The notes below the pieces were generated by a model. It was not told the DNA's origin, did no database searches, and saw only the letters and a list, made by a program, of their open reading frames with translations. This document shows positions 35,281 through 48,444 of a stretch of 64,000 nt of DNA, piece after piece. The position numbers and the translations under genes were made by a program. Numbering within the stretch: the first letter of the stretch is position 1; every line of letters starts with the position of its first letter. Source of the stretch: Escherichia coli (GTDB taxonomy: Bacteria > Pseudomonadota > Gammaproteobacteria > Enterobacterales > Enterobacteriaceae); the NCBI RefSeq assembly GCF_002854065.1, contig NZ_CP024147.1; one strand, given 5' to 3'.

Positions 35281-36138
35281 ATGAAAGCACCAGGCTTGCC
35301 CGCCGATCAACAATTTTTCGCCGATCTGTTCAGCGGCCTGGTGCTTAACCCGCAACTACTGGGGCGCGTCTGGTTTGCCAGCCAGCCTGCCTCGTTGCCG
35401 GTGGGCAGTTTATGTATTGATTTTCCCCGTCTGGATATCGTGCTGCGCGGCGAATACGGCAATCTGCTGGAAGCAAAGCAGCAACGTTTGGTGGAAGGAG
35501 AAATGCTGTTTATTCCGGCGCGCGCGGCTAATTTACCGGTCAACAACAAACCGGTGATGCTGTTAAGCCTGGTGTTCGCTCCGACCTGGCTTGGGTTATC
35601 GTTTTACGATAGCCGCACCACGTCGTTGTTGCATCCTGCTCGCCAGATCCAGCTTCCCAGCCTGCAACGCGGTGAAGGTGAAGCGATGCTTACCGCCCTC
35701 ACCCATCTTAGCCGTTCGCCGCTGGAGCAAAATATCATTCAGCCGCTGGTGTTAAGTTTGCTGCATCTTTGCCGTAACGTGGTGAATATGCCGCCGGGCA
35801 ATTCGCAGCCGCGCGGCGATTTTCTCTATCACAGCATTTGTAACTGGGTTCAGGATAATTATGCCCAGCCGCTCACCCGCGAGAGCGTGGCGCAGTTTTT
35901 TAATATCACGCCCAATCATCTGTCAAAACTGTTTGCTCAGCATGGAACGATGCGTTTTATCGAGTATGTGCGTTGGGTGCGAATGGCGAAGGCGAGGATG
36001 ATTTTGCAGAAATATCATCTGTCAATTCATGAAGTGGCACAGAGTTGCGGTTTTCCGGATAGCGACTATTTTTGTCGCGTTTTCCGGCGTCAGTTTGGTC
36101 TGACGCCGGGAGAGTACAGCGCCCGTTTTCAGGGCTAA
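35281..36138 (+). CDS. ypdC: AraC-family transcriptional regulator
   Basis: 285 aa with a C-terminal AraC HTH (..IHEVAQSCGFPDSDYFCRVFRRQFGLTPGEY..). Confidence 0.85.
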   Translation: MKAPGLPADQQFFADLFSGLVLNPQLLGRVWFASQPASLPVGSLCIDFPRLDIVLRGEYGNLLEAKQQRLVEGEMLFIPARAANLPVNNKPVMLLSLVFAPTWLGLSFYDSRTTSLLHPARQIQLPSLQRGEGEAMLTALTHLSRSPLEQNIIQPLVLSLLHLCRNVVNMPPGNSQPRGDFLYHSICNWVQDNYAQPLTRESVAQFFNITPNHLSKLFAQHGTMRFIEYVRWVRMAKARMILQKYHLSIHEVAQSCGFPDSDYFCRVFRRQFGLTPGEYSARFQG

Positions 36139-36140
36139 CG

Positions 36141-38636
36141 TCAGAAGGTTAATTCTGTTTCCAGCAGCGTCAGGATACTTTGTGCATCTTGCGCGGCAAA
36201 CAATGACTGGCGGAAGTTTTTATTCACCAGTTTACGCGCCAGCTGCGAGAAGACTTTCACATGATTCATCCCTTCGTTAGCACCCAGCGTCAGCATGATC
36301 ACCAGTTCGACTTCGCCCATTTCTGACTGCCAGTCAACCGGTTTCGCCAGCCGGGCAATGCTGATACTGGAATGACGGATCCACTGAGATTTGGTGTGCG
36401 GGATCGCCACGCCAAAACCAACGCCAGTGGTGACAATCTCTTCCCGCTGCCAGACATCCTCTTCCAGCTCGAACGGATGTTCAGTGCGCCCGTTAACGCC
36501 GAGGTTACCGCACAGGAACTGGATCGCCTGCTCTTTATTGCTAAAGGCCTGATCAACGAAGATATTCTCCAGCGCCAGCAGCGGGCGAACGTCTTCTTCC
36601 GGCGTAAAGGCGGTGAGTAACGCTTCAATTTCCTGCGCGCTGCGGCATTCACACGCCTGACGTGCCAGTTCCCGACACGCCTCGCTATCCAATTGACGAA
36701 GCTGGCTTTTCACCGCCGGAATGCGCGGGCTACTCATACTCAGCTCATCCAGGCCCAGCCCAAGCAGTAGCGGCAGATAACGGCTTTCACCGCCCAGTTC
36801 ACCGCAAATGCCTACCCATTTGCCCCGCTGATGCGCAGTGGTAACTATTTGCTGCAACATGCGCAGGAACGATGGCGTAATCGGGTTATATAGCGGCGAT
36901 ACGCGCGGGTTATTACGATCGACCGCATACAGATACTGGGTCATATCGTTGGAGCCGATACTGAAGAAATCGACCTCATCGCAGAAGTGATCGATGATGT
37001 AGCACACCGACGGCACTTCCACCATGATACCCAGCGTAATCGTCTCTGCATGACGCAGGCCATCGCGCTTAAGCTCAACGATCGCTTTTTGGATCTCGCC
37101 CTTCACCCATAAGATCTGATCGAGGCTGTGGACCATCGGGATCATCAACTGGGCGTTGCCGAAACTGGCGGCGCGCAAAATGGCCCGCAGTTGAGTGCGG
37201 AACAGGCCAGCAAATTCCGGGTAAATACGTACCGCGCGATAGCCGAGGAACGGGTTCTCTTCCTGGGGAATATTCAGATAAGGAATGCTTTTATCGCCTC
37301 CGATGTCCATTGTGCGGAAGATAATCGGCTTGTCGCCCGCTGCCAGTAGCACCTGCTGGTAGGCTTCAAATTGCTCCTGCTCGTCCGGCGCGCTGTCGCG
37401 ATCCATATAGAGCATTTCGGTACGGAACAGCCCGACGCCTTCCGCGCCGTTGGCAAACGCGCCAGGCGCTTCCAGAGCGGTGCCAATATTCGCCGCGATA
37501 TCAATACGCTTGTTATCACGGGAATAAGCCAGCTGCGCGGCAGCCTGCGCCTGTTGTTTTTGGCGTTTATCCGCCAGCGTCTGCGCGACCTGATAATAAC
37601 CGCTCACCGCGTCATTCGGGTTAATCGCCAGCACGCCGCACTGGGCGTCAAGCACTGCAGGTTGCCCGGCATAACGGGCAATCGCATCCAGCGGCAGGCC
37701 GCTCAGTACCGGGATCGCCGAGGCGCGGGCCAGAATCAGGGTATGCGAGGTGCGCCCGGTTTTCTCCAGAATCATACCCGCAAGATTTTTTAAATCCAGG
37801 CTTAAAAACTGGCTTGGGGTTAAATCCTCGGCCACCAGAATAGTCGGTTTTTCCAGCACCAGATTGTTGCGCGGCTTCAGTTCCGGCCAGGTAATATGCA
37901 GCAACTGTTCGCTAATATCGCGAATGTCGCTAACACGTTCGCGCAGATAATCGCTGGCAGAAGCAGAAAGTTTGGCGCAAACCTGCTCCATATTGCTGAT
38001 GATCGCCGCCCCCAGCCCCTGATGCTGTTCTGTCATCAGGCGACGGATATTGCCTGCAAATTCATCATCCTGAATCAGCGACAAATGGGCGCTGAGGATA
38101 GTTTTGCTTTCGCCGTCACGCTCACGCAATTGCTGGTTCAGTTGCTCGGCAAGCGTTGCCAGGCTGTGCTCCAGCCGGGTGGAATCTTGCGCACTGGCGG
38201 GGATTGCCCGATAACTGTCGAGGCTGTCGCTTTGTAACAGGGTCAGCGTACCCACGCCGACGCCGCTTGCCAGCACATTGCCGTACAGTAAATCCGGGTT
38301 AAGGCGGCTTAATGAACGCGGCAGCGGATGCGCCGTCAGTTCTGCCTGCGTAGGCTGAACGCTGTCGCTGTCGATAAAGCGCACCTGGATGTACTCTTCC
38401 AGCACGCGCCGCGCCTGCTCTTCATCGCTGCCGCTAATGTTCAGGCTGCAACTGTCATTAAATAGGGTGCCGGTGCCAATCAGCGCCAGCGAGCTTTTGG
38501 CATCGGCCTTTGCGTTCTGGCGATGGTTAATAAAAGTGATTTCGCTTTGCCACTGGCTGCACTGTTCTTTAAGTTCCCACGCCGGACGAGCATGTAGACC
38601 GTTAGGCAAAGGACAGAGAAATTGAATCGTTAACAT
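36141..38636 (-). CDS. fryA: Multiphosphoryl transfer protein (HPr - Enzyme I - EIIA fusion) of a fructose-like PTS
   Basis: 831 aa with an EI PEP-utilising domain and fused HPr/EIIA-like domains. Confidence 0.9.
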   Translation of the reverse strand: MLTIQFLCPLPNGLHARPAWELKEQCSQWQSEITFINHRQNAKADAKSSLALIGTGTLFNDSCSLNISGSDEEQARRVLEEYIQVRFIDSDSVQPTQAELTAHPLPRSLSRLNPDLLYGNVLASGVGVGTLTLLQSDSLDSYRAIPASAQDSTRLEHSLATLAEQLNQQLRERDGESKTILSAHLSLIQDDEFAGNIRRLMTEQHQGLGAAIISNMEQVCAKLSASASDYLRERVSDIRDISEQLLHITWPELKPRNNLVLEKPTILVAEDLTPSQFLSLDLKNLAGMILEKTGRTSHTLILARASAIPVLSGLPLDAIARYAGQPAVLDAQCGVLAINPNDAVSGYYQVAQTLADKRQKQQAQAAAQLAYSRDNKRIDIAANIGTALEAPGAFANGAEGVGLFRTEMLYMDRDSAPDEQEQFEAYQQVLLAAGDKPIIFRTMDIGGDKSIPYLNIPQEENPFLGYRAVRIYPEFAGLFRTQLRAILRAASFGNAQLMIPMVHSLDQILWVKGEIQKAIVELKRDGLRHAETITLGIMVEVPSVCYIIDHFCDEVDFFSIGSNDMTQYLYAVDRNNPRVSPLYNPITPSFLRMLQQIVTTAHQRGKWVGICGELGGESRYLPLLLGLGLDELSMSSPRIPAVKSQLRQLDSEACRELARQACECRSAQEIEALLTAFTPEEDVRPLLALENIFVDQAFSNKEQAIQFLCGNLGVNGRTEHPFELEEDVWQREEIVTTGVGFGVAIPHTKSQWIRHSSISIARLAKPVDWQSEMGEVELVIMLTLGANEGMNHVKVFSQLARKLVNKNFRQSLFAAQDAQSILTLLETELTF

Positions 38637-38660
38637 AACCGCTCCGGGTTAATCAGGAGA

Positions 38661-39698
38661 TCATCTGAAATCCGTCAGTTGAACAACCGTCTCACGCGTA
38701 AGACGTTGAATAAGGGCAGATAAAAGTTGCTCCATCTGCAAAATGTCGCGGCAATCGGCAATCGACGCGGCGCAATGTCCGTGGCGGGTGGCAGGCCCCA
38801 TCACCACTGTGGGTACGCCGGTACCGGTTAAGTGCACCGCTCCACCGTCCGTGCCGCCGTTACTGAACATATCCGCCTGTAACGGCACGCCAATTTCTGC
38901 CGCCACGGTTTCAATCCAGGCGGTGAGTTTTGGCGGCGCAATCAGTGACTTGTCGCTTAACACCAGCATCGGGCCGTTACCAATCTGGCGATGGTTAGCC
39001 GCGCCATAATCAAAGTTTTTCGCCCAGCAGGCGGTATCAAGGACAATGGCGACGTCCGGCGACACCGCGCGGGTGGCAGTTTGCCCGCCGCGTAACCCCA
39101 CCTCTTCGCTGGAACTGGCCACCAGCCACACTTCCGCAGGCAGTTCGGCGTCGTGCAGCTCACGTAGTAACGTCACCAGCAGATAGCAACCGAGGCGGTC
39201 ATCAAAGGCTTTCCCCATCACTCGCTGGTGGGGGAGAACCTGAAAAGTGGTATCGAACGTGACGCGATCGCCTGGACGAATTCCCGCCTGCATCACTTCG
39301 TCATACGAGCGCGCGCCAATATCCACGCGCATGGCGCTGACGTCATTCCCCTGCCGGTCGCCGTCAAGCAGGCCGGGAATTTTGCACTCTTCACGGGTGG
39401 TGATGCGCACCGGCTGCAGCTGGCGGGCAGCCATGCGTACGTTGCCAACCGGCAGTACATCAATCGCCCCTTCGCGGGAGATGCTGCGCACCATAAATCC
39501 CACTTCATCCATATGCGCACAGATCATCACCTTCGGACCTGTCGATTCATTGAGGCGGATCAGCACCGATCCCAGACCATCAAATCGCACTTCTTTTTGC
39601 AGGCGATCCGCTTCTTCCAGCAGGATCTGCCGTACTTCCTGTTCCGAGGAGGCGATCGCATCTGCCTCGCTCAACGCTTTTAATAGCGATAAATCCAT
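38661..39698 (-). CDS. ypdE: M42-family aminopeptidase
   Basis: 345 aa metallopeptidase. Confidence 0.85.
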   Translation of the reverse strand: MDLSLLKALSEADAIASSEQEVRQILLEEADRLQKEVRFDGLGSVLIRLNESTGPKVMICAHMDEVGFMVRSISREGAIDVLPVGNVRMAARQLQPVRITTREECKIPGLLDGDRQGNDVSAMRVDIGARSYDEVMQAGIRPGDRVTFDTTFQVLPHQRVMGKAFDDRLGCYLLVTLLRELHDAELPAEVWLVASSSEEVGLRGGQTATRAVSPDVAIVLDTACWAKNFDYGAANHRQIGNGPMLVLSDKSLIAPPKLTAWIETVAAEIGVPLQADMFSNGGTDGGAVHLTGTGVPTVVMGPATRHGHCAASIADCRDILQMEQLLSALIQRLTRETVVQLTDFR

Positions 39699-40783
39699 TA
39701 TGCCTCTCCCGTGAGCAACACTGTTTTCGGCATGGCGTAGAGCACTTCTGCGCCTTGCGGGGTGACCAGCACAACATCTTCGATGCGCACGCCCCCTTGC
39801 CCTGGCAAATAAATCCCCGGCTCCACGGTCAGTAACATGCCTGGCTGTAGCGTCGTGGTGTCCCGCGGTGAAAAACGCGGATCTTCATGAACTTCAATGC
39901 CGATAGCATGACCGGTGTTATGACCGAAATAGTGGCTAAAACCTGCCTCGGTAATCACCCGACGCGCGGCTTCGTCAACCTGCTGGCAGCGCACGCCGGG
40001 GCGAATTGCAGAGATTGCTGCGAGCTGTGCCTGCAAAACAATCTGATAGACGTTAAACAGCGGGTGAGATTCGGCGCTCACCCCTTCGCCATTCACCAGC
40101 AAGGTGCGCGTCATATCAGAGCAGTAGCCCTGATAGAGCGCACCGAAATCGAGAGTGACAAACTCGCCCGCTGCAACAATCTTGTCGCTGGCTTTGCCGT
40201 GCGGCAGCGCCCCACGCCAGCCACTGGCGACAATGGTGTCAAAAGAGGTTTTTTCTGCGCCCTGCTGGCGCATAAACCACTCCAGTTCAGCGGCTATCTC
40301 GCGCTCGCTCATCCCCGCCTGAATAAAGCGGCGAATATGCTCTGCACCGCGATCGGCAATCCCACAGGCAAGGCGGATTTTCTCCACCTCCTCTGGCGTT
40401 TTGATTTGCCGCAGCACATCCGGCGTGGCGCTAACCAGTTTCGCATTGAGTTCAGACTGCCAGCGGTGCGCGGTTTCCCAACTCACCTGCTGGCCTTCAA
40501 AACCGAGCGTTTGCAACTGCTCATCGGCAATGATTTGCCTGGCGATGGTTGTAAGCGTGTGCGTCGCGTCAAGCAAATGCAGCTGGTAACCTTGCGTGCG
40601 GGCTTCTACATCCGCGTAATAGCGCGAGTCCACCAGAATGTGCGCACTTTCACGGCTAATCAGCACATAGCCTGATCCGGTGGAGATCCCCAGATGCGGC
40701 TGTTTGTTCTGCCGTGAGGAGAGAAGCACCGCATCCAGTTGTTGCGCCTTAAGCCAGTCACGCAGCGAAGCGAGTAATGTCAT
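39698..40783 (-). CDS. ypdF: Xaa-Pro aminopeptidase (M24 family)
   Basis: 361 aa with M24 pita-bread fold motifs (..GHGIGIEVHE..). Confidence 0.85.
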   Translation of the reverse strand: MTLLASLRDWLKAQQLDAVLLSSRQNKQPHLGISTGSGYVLISRESAHILVDSRYYADVEARTQGYQLHLLDATHTLTTIARQIIADEQLQTLGFEGQQVSWETAHRWQSELNAKLVSATPDVLRQIKTPEEVEKIRLACGIADRGAEHIRRFIQAGMSEREIAAELEWFMRQQGAEKTSFDTIVASGWRGALPHGKASDKIVAAGEFVTLDFGALYQGYCSDMTRTLLVNGEGVSAESHPLFNVYQIVLQAQLAAISAIRPGVRCQQVDEAARRVITEAGFSHYFGHNTGHAIGIEVHEDPRFSPRDTTTLQPGMLLTVEPGIYLPGQGGVRIEDVVLVTPQGAEVLYAMPKTVLLTGEA

Positions 40784-40797
40784 CTGGATTATCCTTC

Positions 40798-42045
40798 TTA
40801 CAGGCTATCGATTAACAATTTGCCTTTACGGAACATCATCAGACGCAGGAACACCACCATCAGCGCAGTAATGACTGCCCCCAGCGCGATCCCCGCCATG
40901 TAGACGCCGAGGTTAGTGACCAGTGGCCATGCCCAGATAGCGGACTCCGGGAACCATTGCACTGCGCCCAGCCAGACAGCTGCGGTTGAGCCGACAATCG
41001 CGCCAACCATATAGGACGGAATGGCGGTGATGGGGCTTTCCAGTGCAAACGGAATCGCACCCTCACTAATCCCCATAAACGCCAGGAACATAGCGGTTTT
41101 ACCCTGCGGATAAAGCTGAGCACTGAACAGACGTTTGCCGGTTAAACGGCGGTCGATAATGGTCGCCAGACCCAGACCAATCGGCGGAATAACAATAGCG
41201 ATAGAACGAGCGGTGACCGGTAATACGTGGTCAGTGGTAAAGCTGAAGGCAACGAAACCTGCGGCTTTGTTGATCGGGCCACCAAGGTCGATTGCTGTCG
41301 CCGCGGCGATCCCCATTGCGTACATCAGCGCGCCCTTCTCACCTGCGGCAGTCAGCACAGTACGGATACCGCCGTTGATCCAGCCCCCAAAGGGGGTGAT
41401 GACGTAGTACATCGCCAGCATGACAAAAATAGCGGAAAGAATCGGTAGCAAAAATGTGGTTTTGAACGCTAACAGGAAATCCGGTAACTGGATTTTCTGG
41501 TTCATCCATTTCACAAGGTAACCAGCAACGATAGATATAATCAGCGCACCAATGAAGGTGGACGGCACCGGCGAAGAGGTCGCCCATTGCATAGTGCTGG
41601 GATCGAAGTTCAGCAGTTGCGTCGGCTGGGTAGACATCAAGCCGCCGATAAAACCAGCCGGAAACGCCAGTTTGCCACCGATAGAGTTCGCAACAAAAGC
41701 AGCAAACATCGGAATGGCAAAACCAAACAACACGCCGCCGAAGGACTGCGACAACCAGGCAAATTTCAGTAAGGAGAGGTCGAAACCGGAGAATTTCCCG
41801 CTATTAAGAGCATCCATGATGCCGATCTCAGCAGGAATTTTAAGCCAGCTATAAGCAATCAGCTGGCTGAAAGCGAGGATCACACCGCCCATAATTAAGG
41901 TCGGCACCATGCGTGAAATCCCTGACATCACATGCTGCGGGAGTTCACCCCAGAAGCTGCTTTTAGAGGCCTGCGGATTCTTAACTGCCGCTGCCGCACC
42001 GGATGCGCCAGGCACAACGGTTGCACTGCGTTTTTTAATGGCCAT
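40798..42045 (-). CDS. fryC: PTS fructose-like EIIC permease
   Basis: 415 aa polytopic membrane protein. Confidence 0.85.
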   Translation of the reverse strand: MAIKKRSATVVPGASGAAAAVKNPQASKSSFWGELPQHVMSGISRMVPTLIMGGVILAFSQLIAYSWLKIPAEIGIMDALNSGKFSGFDLSLLKFAWLSQSFGGVLFGFAIPMFAAFVANSIGGKLAFPAGFIGGLMSTQPTQLLNFDPSTMQWATSSPVPSTFIGALIISIVAGYLVKWMNQKIQLPDFLLAFKTTFLLPILSAIFVMLAMYYVITPFGGWINGGIRTVLTAAGEKGALMYAMGIAAATAIDLGGPINKAAGFVAFSFTTDHVLPVTARSIAIVIPPIGLGLATIIDRRLTGKRLFSAQLYPQGKTAMFLAFMGISEGAIPFALESPITAIPSYMVGAIVGSTAAVWLGAVQWFPESAIWAWPLVTNLGVYMAGIALGAVITALMVVFLRLMMFRKGKLLIDSL

Positions 42046-42066
42046 AACAATTATCCCTGTCGAATA

Positions 42067-42393
42067 TTACTGTTGTTCAGAGGCAATCATCTCTTCGATT
42101 TCTTTGATGATGCCCGCAGCGTTTTTAATTGCGTCCTGCAAAGTGATTTCATAAACGTCGCGTGATTCGAAACGTTCGTTATCTTCCGGGGTAACTGCCA
42201 CGGAATGGATGATGATGGTCGCTTCGGCGATATCCTGCGCCGTCAGGCGATTCTGGATACCGTCCGCGCCCTGGGTTTCAATTTTCACTTCATAACCGGC
42301 TTCTACCGCTGCTTCTTCCAGCGCCTGAGCGGCCATAAAGGTGTGAGCCAGGCCCATCGGGCAGGCACATAAGGCAATCAGTTTCTTACTCAT
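42067..42393 (-). CDS. fryB: PTS fructose-like EIIB component
   Basis: 108 aa from ATG at 42393 (MSKKLIALCACPMGLAHTFMAA...) with the active-site Cys motif. The ORF-track start at 42444 is an extension. Confidence 0.85.
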   Translation of the reverse strand: MSKKLIALCACPMGLAHTFMAAQALEEAAVEAGYEVKIETQGADGIQNRLTAQDIAEATIIIHSVAVTPEDNERFESRDVYEITLQDAIKNAAGIIKEIEEMIASEQQ

Positions 42394-42611
42394 CGTTAAT
42401 TCCTCGTTCAGTGATAGTTGACGAGTGAAATTATGAACGTGCAAAACAAATCGCCGTTACCAGACAAATAATGCATTTACTGGAGAATTAATCCCGCTGT
42501 ACGGAAGTGTGACGCAGGTCGGCCTTGTGAGGGGACACAAAGAAAAATTGAATTAACTGTATGATTTAAAAGATTATCGGGAGAGTTACCTCCCGATATA
42601 ACAGGAAGGAT

Positions 42612-43577
42612 TTACAGAATGTGACCTAAGGTCTGGCGTAAATGTGCACCGGAACCGAGAAGACCTGGATTGTCATGGACGATGAGATACACCGGAATAT
42701 CATGGACATATTCTTTAAAGCGCCCTTTATCTTCAAATGCGGCACGGAAACCAGAGGCTTTGAAGAACTCAAGGAAGCGCGGCACGATACCGCCCGCAAT
42801 AAACACGCCGCCAAATGTCCCGAGATTGAGCGCCAGATTGCCGCCAAAACGGCCCATAATGACGCAAAACAGCGACAACGCACGGCGGCAATCGGTGCAG
42901 CTGTCAGCCAGCGCGCGTTCGGTAATATCTTTTGGCTTGAGATTTTCTGGCAGGCGGTTGTCGGCTTTCACAATTGCGCGATACAAATTCACCAGCCCAG
43001 GGCCAGAAAGCACACGTTCCGCCGAAACATGACCAATTTCCGCACGCAATATTTCGAGGATAATGGCCTCTTCTTCACTATTCGGCGCAAAATCAACGTG
43101 ACCGCCTTCGCCTGGCAAGCTTACCCAACGCTTATCGACATGGACCAGATGCGCAACCCCAAGCCCCGTTCCGGCACCGTAAACCGCAATAGGCTTACCT
43201 TCTACCGGTTCTGCGCCACCAAACTGAATCAGATGCTCTTTTTTCAGCATCGGGATCGCCATCGATACAGCGGTAAAATCGTTAATAATTTCCAGATGGC
43301 TAAAACCGAGATTCTTTTTCATTTCGGCAATTGAGAACGCCCAGGTATGGTTGGTCATTGCCACCCAGTCACCGGTAATTGGGCAAGCGATGGCAATACA
43401 GCCGTCTTTCACCTCGACCTTATGTTCTTCAAGATAAACGCGAATGACCGCTTCGAGGCTGGGGTAATCAAGCCCTGAATAGGTCTTAGCCTGCGAGATT
43501 TCACCACTGGCAATATCACACAGAGCAAGACGTGCGTTGGTGCCGCCCACATCACCGACTAATGCATACTTTGTCAT
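42612..43577 (-). CDS. glk: Glucokinase
   Basis: 321 aa ([21 protein letters not shown]...). Confidence 0.9.
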   Translation of the reverse strand: MTKYALVGDVGGTNARLALCDIASGEISQAKTYSGLDYPSLEAVIRVYLEEHKVEVKDGCIAIACPITGDWVAMTNHTWAFSIAEMKKNLGFSHLEIINDFTAVSMAIPMLKKEHLIQFGGAEPVEGKPIAVYGAGTGLGVAHLVHVDKRWVSLPGEGGHVDFAPNSEEEAIILEILRAEIGHVSAERVLSGPGLVNLYRAIVKADNRLPENLKPKDITERALADSCTDCRRALSLFCVIMGRFGGNLALNLGTFGGVFIAGGIVPRFLEFFKASGFRAAFEDKGRFKEYVHDIPVYLIVHDNPGLLGSGAHLRQTLGHIL

Positions 43578-43780
43578 TCTTCAACTGCTCCGCTAAAGTC
43601 AAAATAATTCTTTCTCACACTGTAAATACCTGGGGGCATAACAACAACGCCGGAAAGGCAGGCTCCCTGTAAATATCGATCTGGGTCACACAATTACTTT
43701 ATCGTTTCAGCACCAATTGCAGCGATGCCTTTTTGCAAGCTGGGCAAACTAAGTATCTGACCCCGCATAAGGAATAGAAC

Positions 43781-45037
43781 ATGCTCCATCCGCGAGCCAG
43801 AACCATGTTGTTATTATCGCTCCCCGCCGTGGCAATTGGGATTGCGTCCAGTCTTATTCTGATTGTGGTGATGAAAATCGCCTCGGTATTACAGAATTTG
43901 CTCTGGCAACGACTGCCGGGAACTCTGGGGATAGCCCAGGATTCACCTTTCTGGATCATCGGTGTATTAACGCTAACGGGTATTGCGGTGGGGTTGGTTA
44001 TCCGTTTCAGCCAGGGTCATGCCGGACCAGACCCCGCCTGTGAACCGCTGATCGGCGCACCGGTTCCGCCCTTTGCGCTACCTGGACTTATCGTAGCATT
44101 AATTCTCGGTCTTGCTGGCGGCGTCAGCCTGGGGCCGGAACATCCGATCATGACCGTCAATATCGCCCTTGCGGTTGCCATTGGCGCTCGTCTGTTACCG
44201 CGCGTCAACCGAATGGAGTGGACTATTTTAGCCTCTGCCGGAACCATCGGCGCGCTGTTTGGTACACCTGTTGCGGCGGCGTTGATATTTTCGCAAACCT
44301 TAAATGGCAGTAGTGAAGTTCCGCTATGGGATCGTCTTTTTGCGCCGTTAATGGCGGCAGCAGCTGGTGCACTTACTACCGGATTATTTTTCCATCCCCA
44401 TTTTTCACTGCCCATTGCGCATTACGGACAGATGGAAATGACCGATATTCTCAGCGGTGCAATTGTCGCGGCGATTGCCATCGCAGCAGGGATGGTCGCC
44501 GTATGGTGCTTACCACGGTTGCACGCGATGATGCATCAAATGAAAAATCCGGTGCTCGTGCTGGGTATTGGCGGATTTATTCTCGGTATTCTGGGGGTTA
44601 TTGGTGGACCAGTTTCGCTGTTTAAAGGGCTGGATGAGATGCAGCAGATGGTGGCAAATCAGGCTTTCAGCACCAGCGATTACTTTTTGCTGGCGGTAAT
44701 TAAACTTGCCGCCCTGGTCGTTGCTGCCGCCAGTGGCTTTCGCGGTGGACGAATCTTCCCGGCAGTGTTTGTCGCCGTGGCATTAGGGTTGATGCTGCAT
44801 GAGCACGTTCCCGCCGTACCAGCGGCAATAACCGTTTCCTGCGCTATTCTCGGCATCGTGCTGGTGGTAACACGCGATGGCTGGTTAAGTCTTTTTATGG
44901 CGGCAGTCGTTGTACCCAATACCACATTGCTACCGCTGCTCTGTATCGTCATGCTTCCGGCATGGCTGTTATTAGCAGGTAAGCCGATGATGATGGTCAA
45001 TCGTCCGAAGCAACAGCCACCCCACGATAACGTTTAG
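43781..45037 (+). CDS. yfeO: ClC-type voltage-gated chloride/ion channel family protein
   Basis: 418 aa polytopic membrane protein. Confidence 0.85.
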   Translation: MLHPRARTMLLLSLPAVAIGIASSLILIVVMKIASVLQNLLWQRLPGTLGIAQDSPFWIIGVLTLTGIAVGLVIRFSQGHAGPDPACEPLIGAPVPPFALPGLIVALILGLAGGVSLGPEHPIMTVNIALAVAIGARLLPRVNRMEWTILASAGTIGALFGTPVAAALIFSQTLNGSSEVPLWDRLFAPLMAAAAGALTTGLFFHPHFSLPIAHYGQMEMTDILSGAIVAAIAIAAGMVAVWCLPRLHAMMHQMKNPVLVLGIGGFILGILGVIGGPVSLFKGLDEMQQMVANQAFSTSDYFLLAVIKLAALVVAAASGFRGGRIFPAVFVAVALGLMLHEHVPAVPAAITVSCAILGIVLVVTRDGWLSLFMAAVVVPNTTLLPLLCIVMLPAWLLLAGKPMMMVNRPKQQPPHDNV

Positions 45038-45151
45038 CAAAAAATGCTCTCCTTTATGATTTAAGAGTTATGGCGATGATACGGGGCTTTACCTCCCCGT
45101 AATATTGCGTTAACAGGCCGCTGACGGCTTCGATCGTGAAGGAGAATAACA

Positions 45152-45478
45152 ATGTTCAGGTCACTGTTTCTGGCGGCCGCCCTGATGGCATTTACCCCGC
45201 TTGCAGCAAACGCAGGCGAAATCACCCTACTGCCATCAATCAAATTACAAATTGGCGATCGCGATCATTACGGTAATTACTGGGACGGTGGTCACTGGCG
45301 CGACCGTGACTACTGGCATCGCAATTATGAATGGCGTAAAAACCGCTGGTGGCGTCATGATAATGGCTACCACCGTGGCTGGGATAAGCGTAAAGCGTAT
45401 GAGCGTGGCTATCGTGAAGGCTGGCGCGATCGTGACGATCATCGCGGAAAAGGCCGCGGACATGGACACCGCCATTAA
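45152..45478 (+). CDS. ypeC: Small secreted protein rich in W/R/D/H/Y (DUF2502)
   Basis: 108 aa with signal peptide and a repetitive RDxDYWHR-type composition. Confidence 0.8.
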
Positions 45479-45502
45479 ACACATTCGCCAATGGAGCACA
45501 AT

Positions 45503-45612
<110 letters not shown>

Positions 45613-45618
45613 ATTCAA

Positions 45619-46866
<1,248 letters not shown>

Positions 46867-46868
46867 CT

Positions 46869-46890
46869 AAAACATAGCCTTTGCTATGTT
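46869..46890 (-). promoter_or_regulatory. Candidate MntR operator palindrome in the mntH promoter
   Basis: AAACATAGC-CTTT-GCTATGTTT, a perfect 9-bp inverted repeat immediately upstream of the mntH start. Confidence 0.5.
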
Positions 46891-46906
46891 TCATGCTATT
46901 CCAAAC

Positions 46907-46928
46907 GAGAATGATTATCAAATTCATT
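46907..46928 (-). promoter_or_regulatory. Candidate Fur box in the mntH promoter
   Basis: GAGAATGATTATCAAATTCATT resembles the Fur consensus GATAATGATAATCATTATC. Confidence 0.35.
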
Positions 46929-47192
46929 TAAATGGGTTGTGGTGATTTCTCTGATAGACCAGGATTATGACTACGAAAAGATTGATGACTTGAATGTTAT
47001 GGTTATGTTTAATGTTAGCACATTTACATAACTTTCAGCTTCCATACACAACATAGCAGAAATGTATGACAGCTCACTATTTTTGAAGCTTGTCACAGGA
47101 CGTCATTATAGTGTGTGTCAGATCTCGTTTTCCTTAACCATGTTACATAGAATGTGCACGGAAATTTAACCTGCCTCATATTTGGAGCAAAT

Positions 47193-48395
47193 ATGGACCG
47201 CGTCCTTCATTTTGTACTGGCACTTGCCGTTGTTGCGATTCTCGCACTGCTGGTAAGCAGCGACCGCAAAAAAATTCGTATCCGTTATGTTATTCAACTG
47301 CTTGTTATCGAAGTGTTACTGGCGTGGTTCTTCCTGAACTCCGACGTTGGTTTAGGCTTCGTGAAAGGCTTCTCCGAAATGTTCGAAAAACTGCTCGGAT
47401 TTGCCAACGAAGGGACTAACTTCGTCTTTGGTAGCATGAATGATCAAGGCCTGGCATTCTTCTTCCTGAAAGTGCTGTGCCCAATCGTCTTTATCTCTGC
47501 ACTGATCGGTATTCTCCAGCACATTCGCGTGTTGCCGGTGATTATCCGCGCAATTGGTTTCCTGCTCTCCAAAGTCAACGGCATGGGCAAACTGGAATCC
47601 TTTAACGCCGTCAGCTCCCTGATTCTGGGTCAGTCTGAAAACTTTATTGCCTATAAAGATATCCTCGGCAAAATCTCCCGTAATCGTATGTACACCATGG
47701 CTGCCACGGCAATGTCCACCGTGTCGATGTCCATCGTTGGTGCATACATGACCATGCTGGAACCAAAATACGTCGTTGCAGCGCTGGTACTGAACATGTT
47801 CAGCACCTTTATCGTGCTGTCGCTGATCAACCCTTACCGTGTTGATGCCAGTGAAGAAAACATTCAGATGTCCAACCTGCACGAAGGTCAGAGCTTCTTC
47901 GAAATGCTGGGTGAATACATTCTGGCAGGTTTCAAAGTTGCCATTATCGTTGCCGCGATGCTGATCGGCTTTATCGCCCTGATCGCCGCGCTGAACGCAC
48001 TGTTTGCCACCGTGACTGGCTGGTTTGGCTACAGCATCTCCTTCCAGGGCATCCTGGGCTACATCTTCTATCCGATTGCATGGGTGATGGGTGTTCCTTC
48101 CAGTGAAGCACTGCAAGTGGGCAGTATCATGGCGACCAAACTGGTTTCCAACGAGTTCGTTGCGATGATGGATCTGCAGAAAATTGCCTCTACACTCTCT
48201 CCGCGTGCTGAAGGCATCATCTCTGTGTTCCTGGTTTCCTTCGCTAACTTCTCTTCAATCGGAATTATTGCAGGTGCAGTTAAGGGCCTGAATGAAGAGC
48301 AAGGTAACGTGGTTTCTCGCTTCGGTCTGAAACTGGTTTACGGCTCTACCCTGGTGAGTGTGCTGTCTGCGTCAATCGCAGCACTGGTGCTGTAA
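47193..48395 (+). CDS. nupC: Concentrative nucleoside:H+ symporter
   Basis: 400 aa from ATG at 47193 ([37 protein letters not shown]...). The ORF-track start at 47154 is an extension. Confidence 0.9.
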
Positions 48396-48404
48396 GACCA
48401 TACA

Positions 48405-48438
48405 TAAAAAAGCCGGGGATAATTCCCCGGCTTTTTTA
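48405..48438 (+). terminator. Bidirectional rho-independent terminator between nupC and yfeA
   Basis: AAAAAAGCCGGGGA-TAATT-CCCCGGCTTTTTT, a perfect GC-rich hairpin flanked by an A-run and a T-run. Confidence 0.8.
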
Positions 48439-48444
48439 CGCCTG

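Noticed and set aside
39887-40675. 262-aa plus-strand ORF
   Set aside because: Antisense to ypdF (M24 aminopeptidase), which is full length and motif-bearing.
42642-43334. 230-aa plus-strand ORF
   Set aside because: Antisense to glk.
47352-48116. 254-aa minus-strand ORF
   Set aside because: Antisense to nupC, with no ribosome-binding site and a His/Gly/Asp-rich composition.
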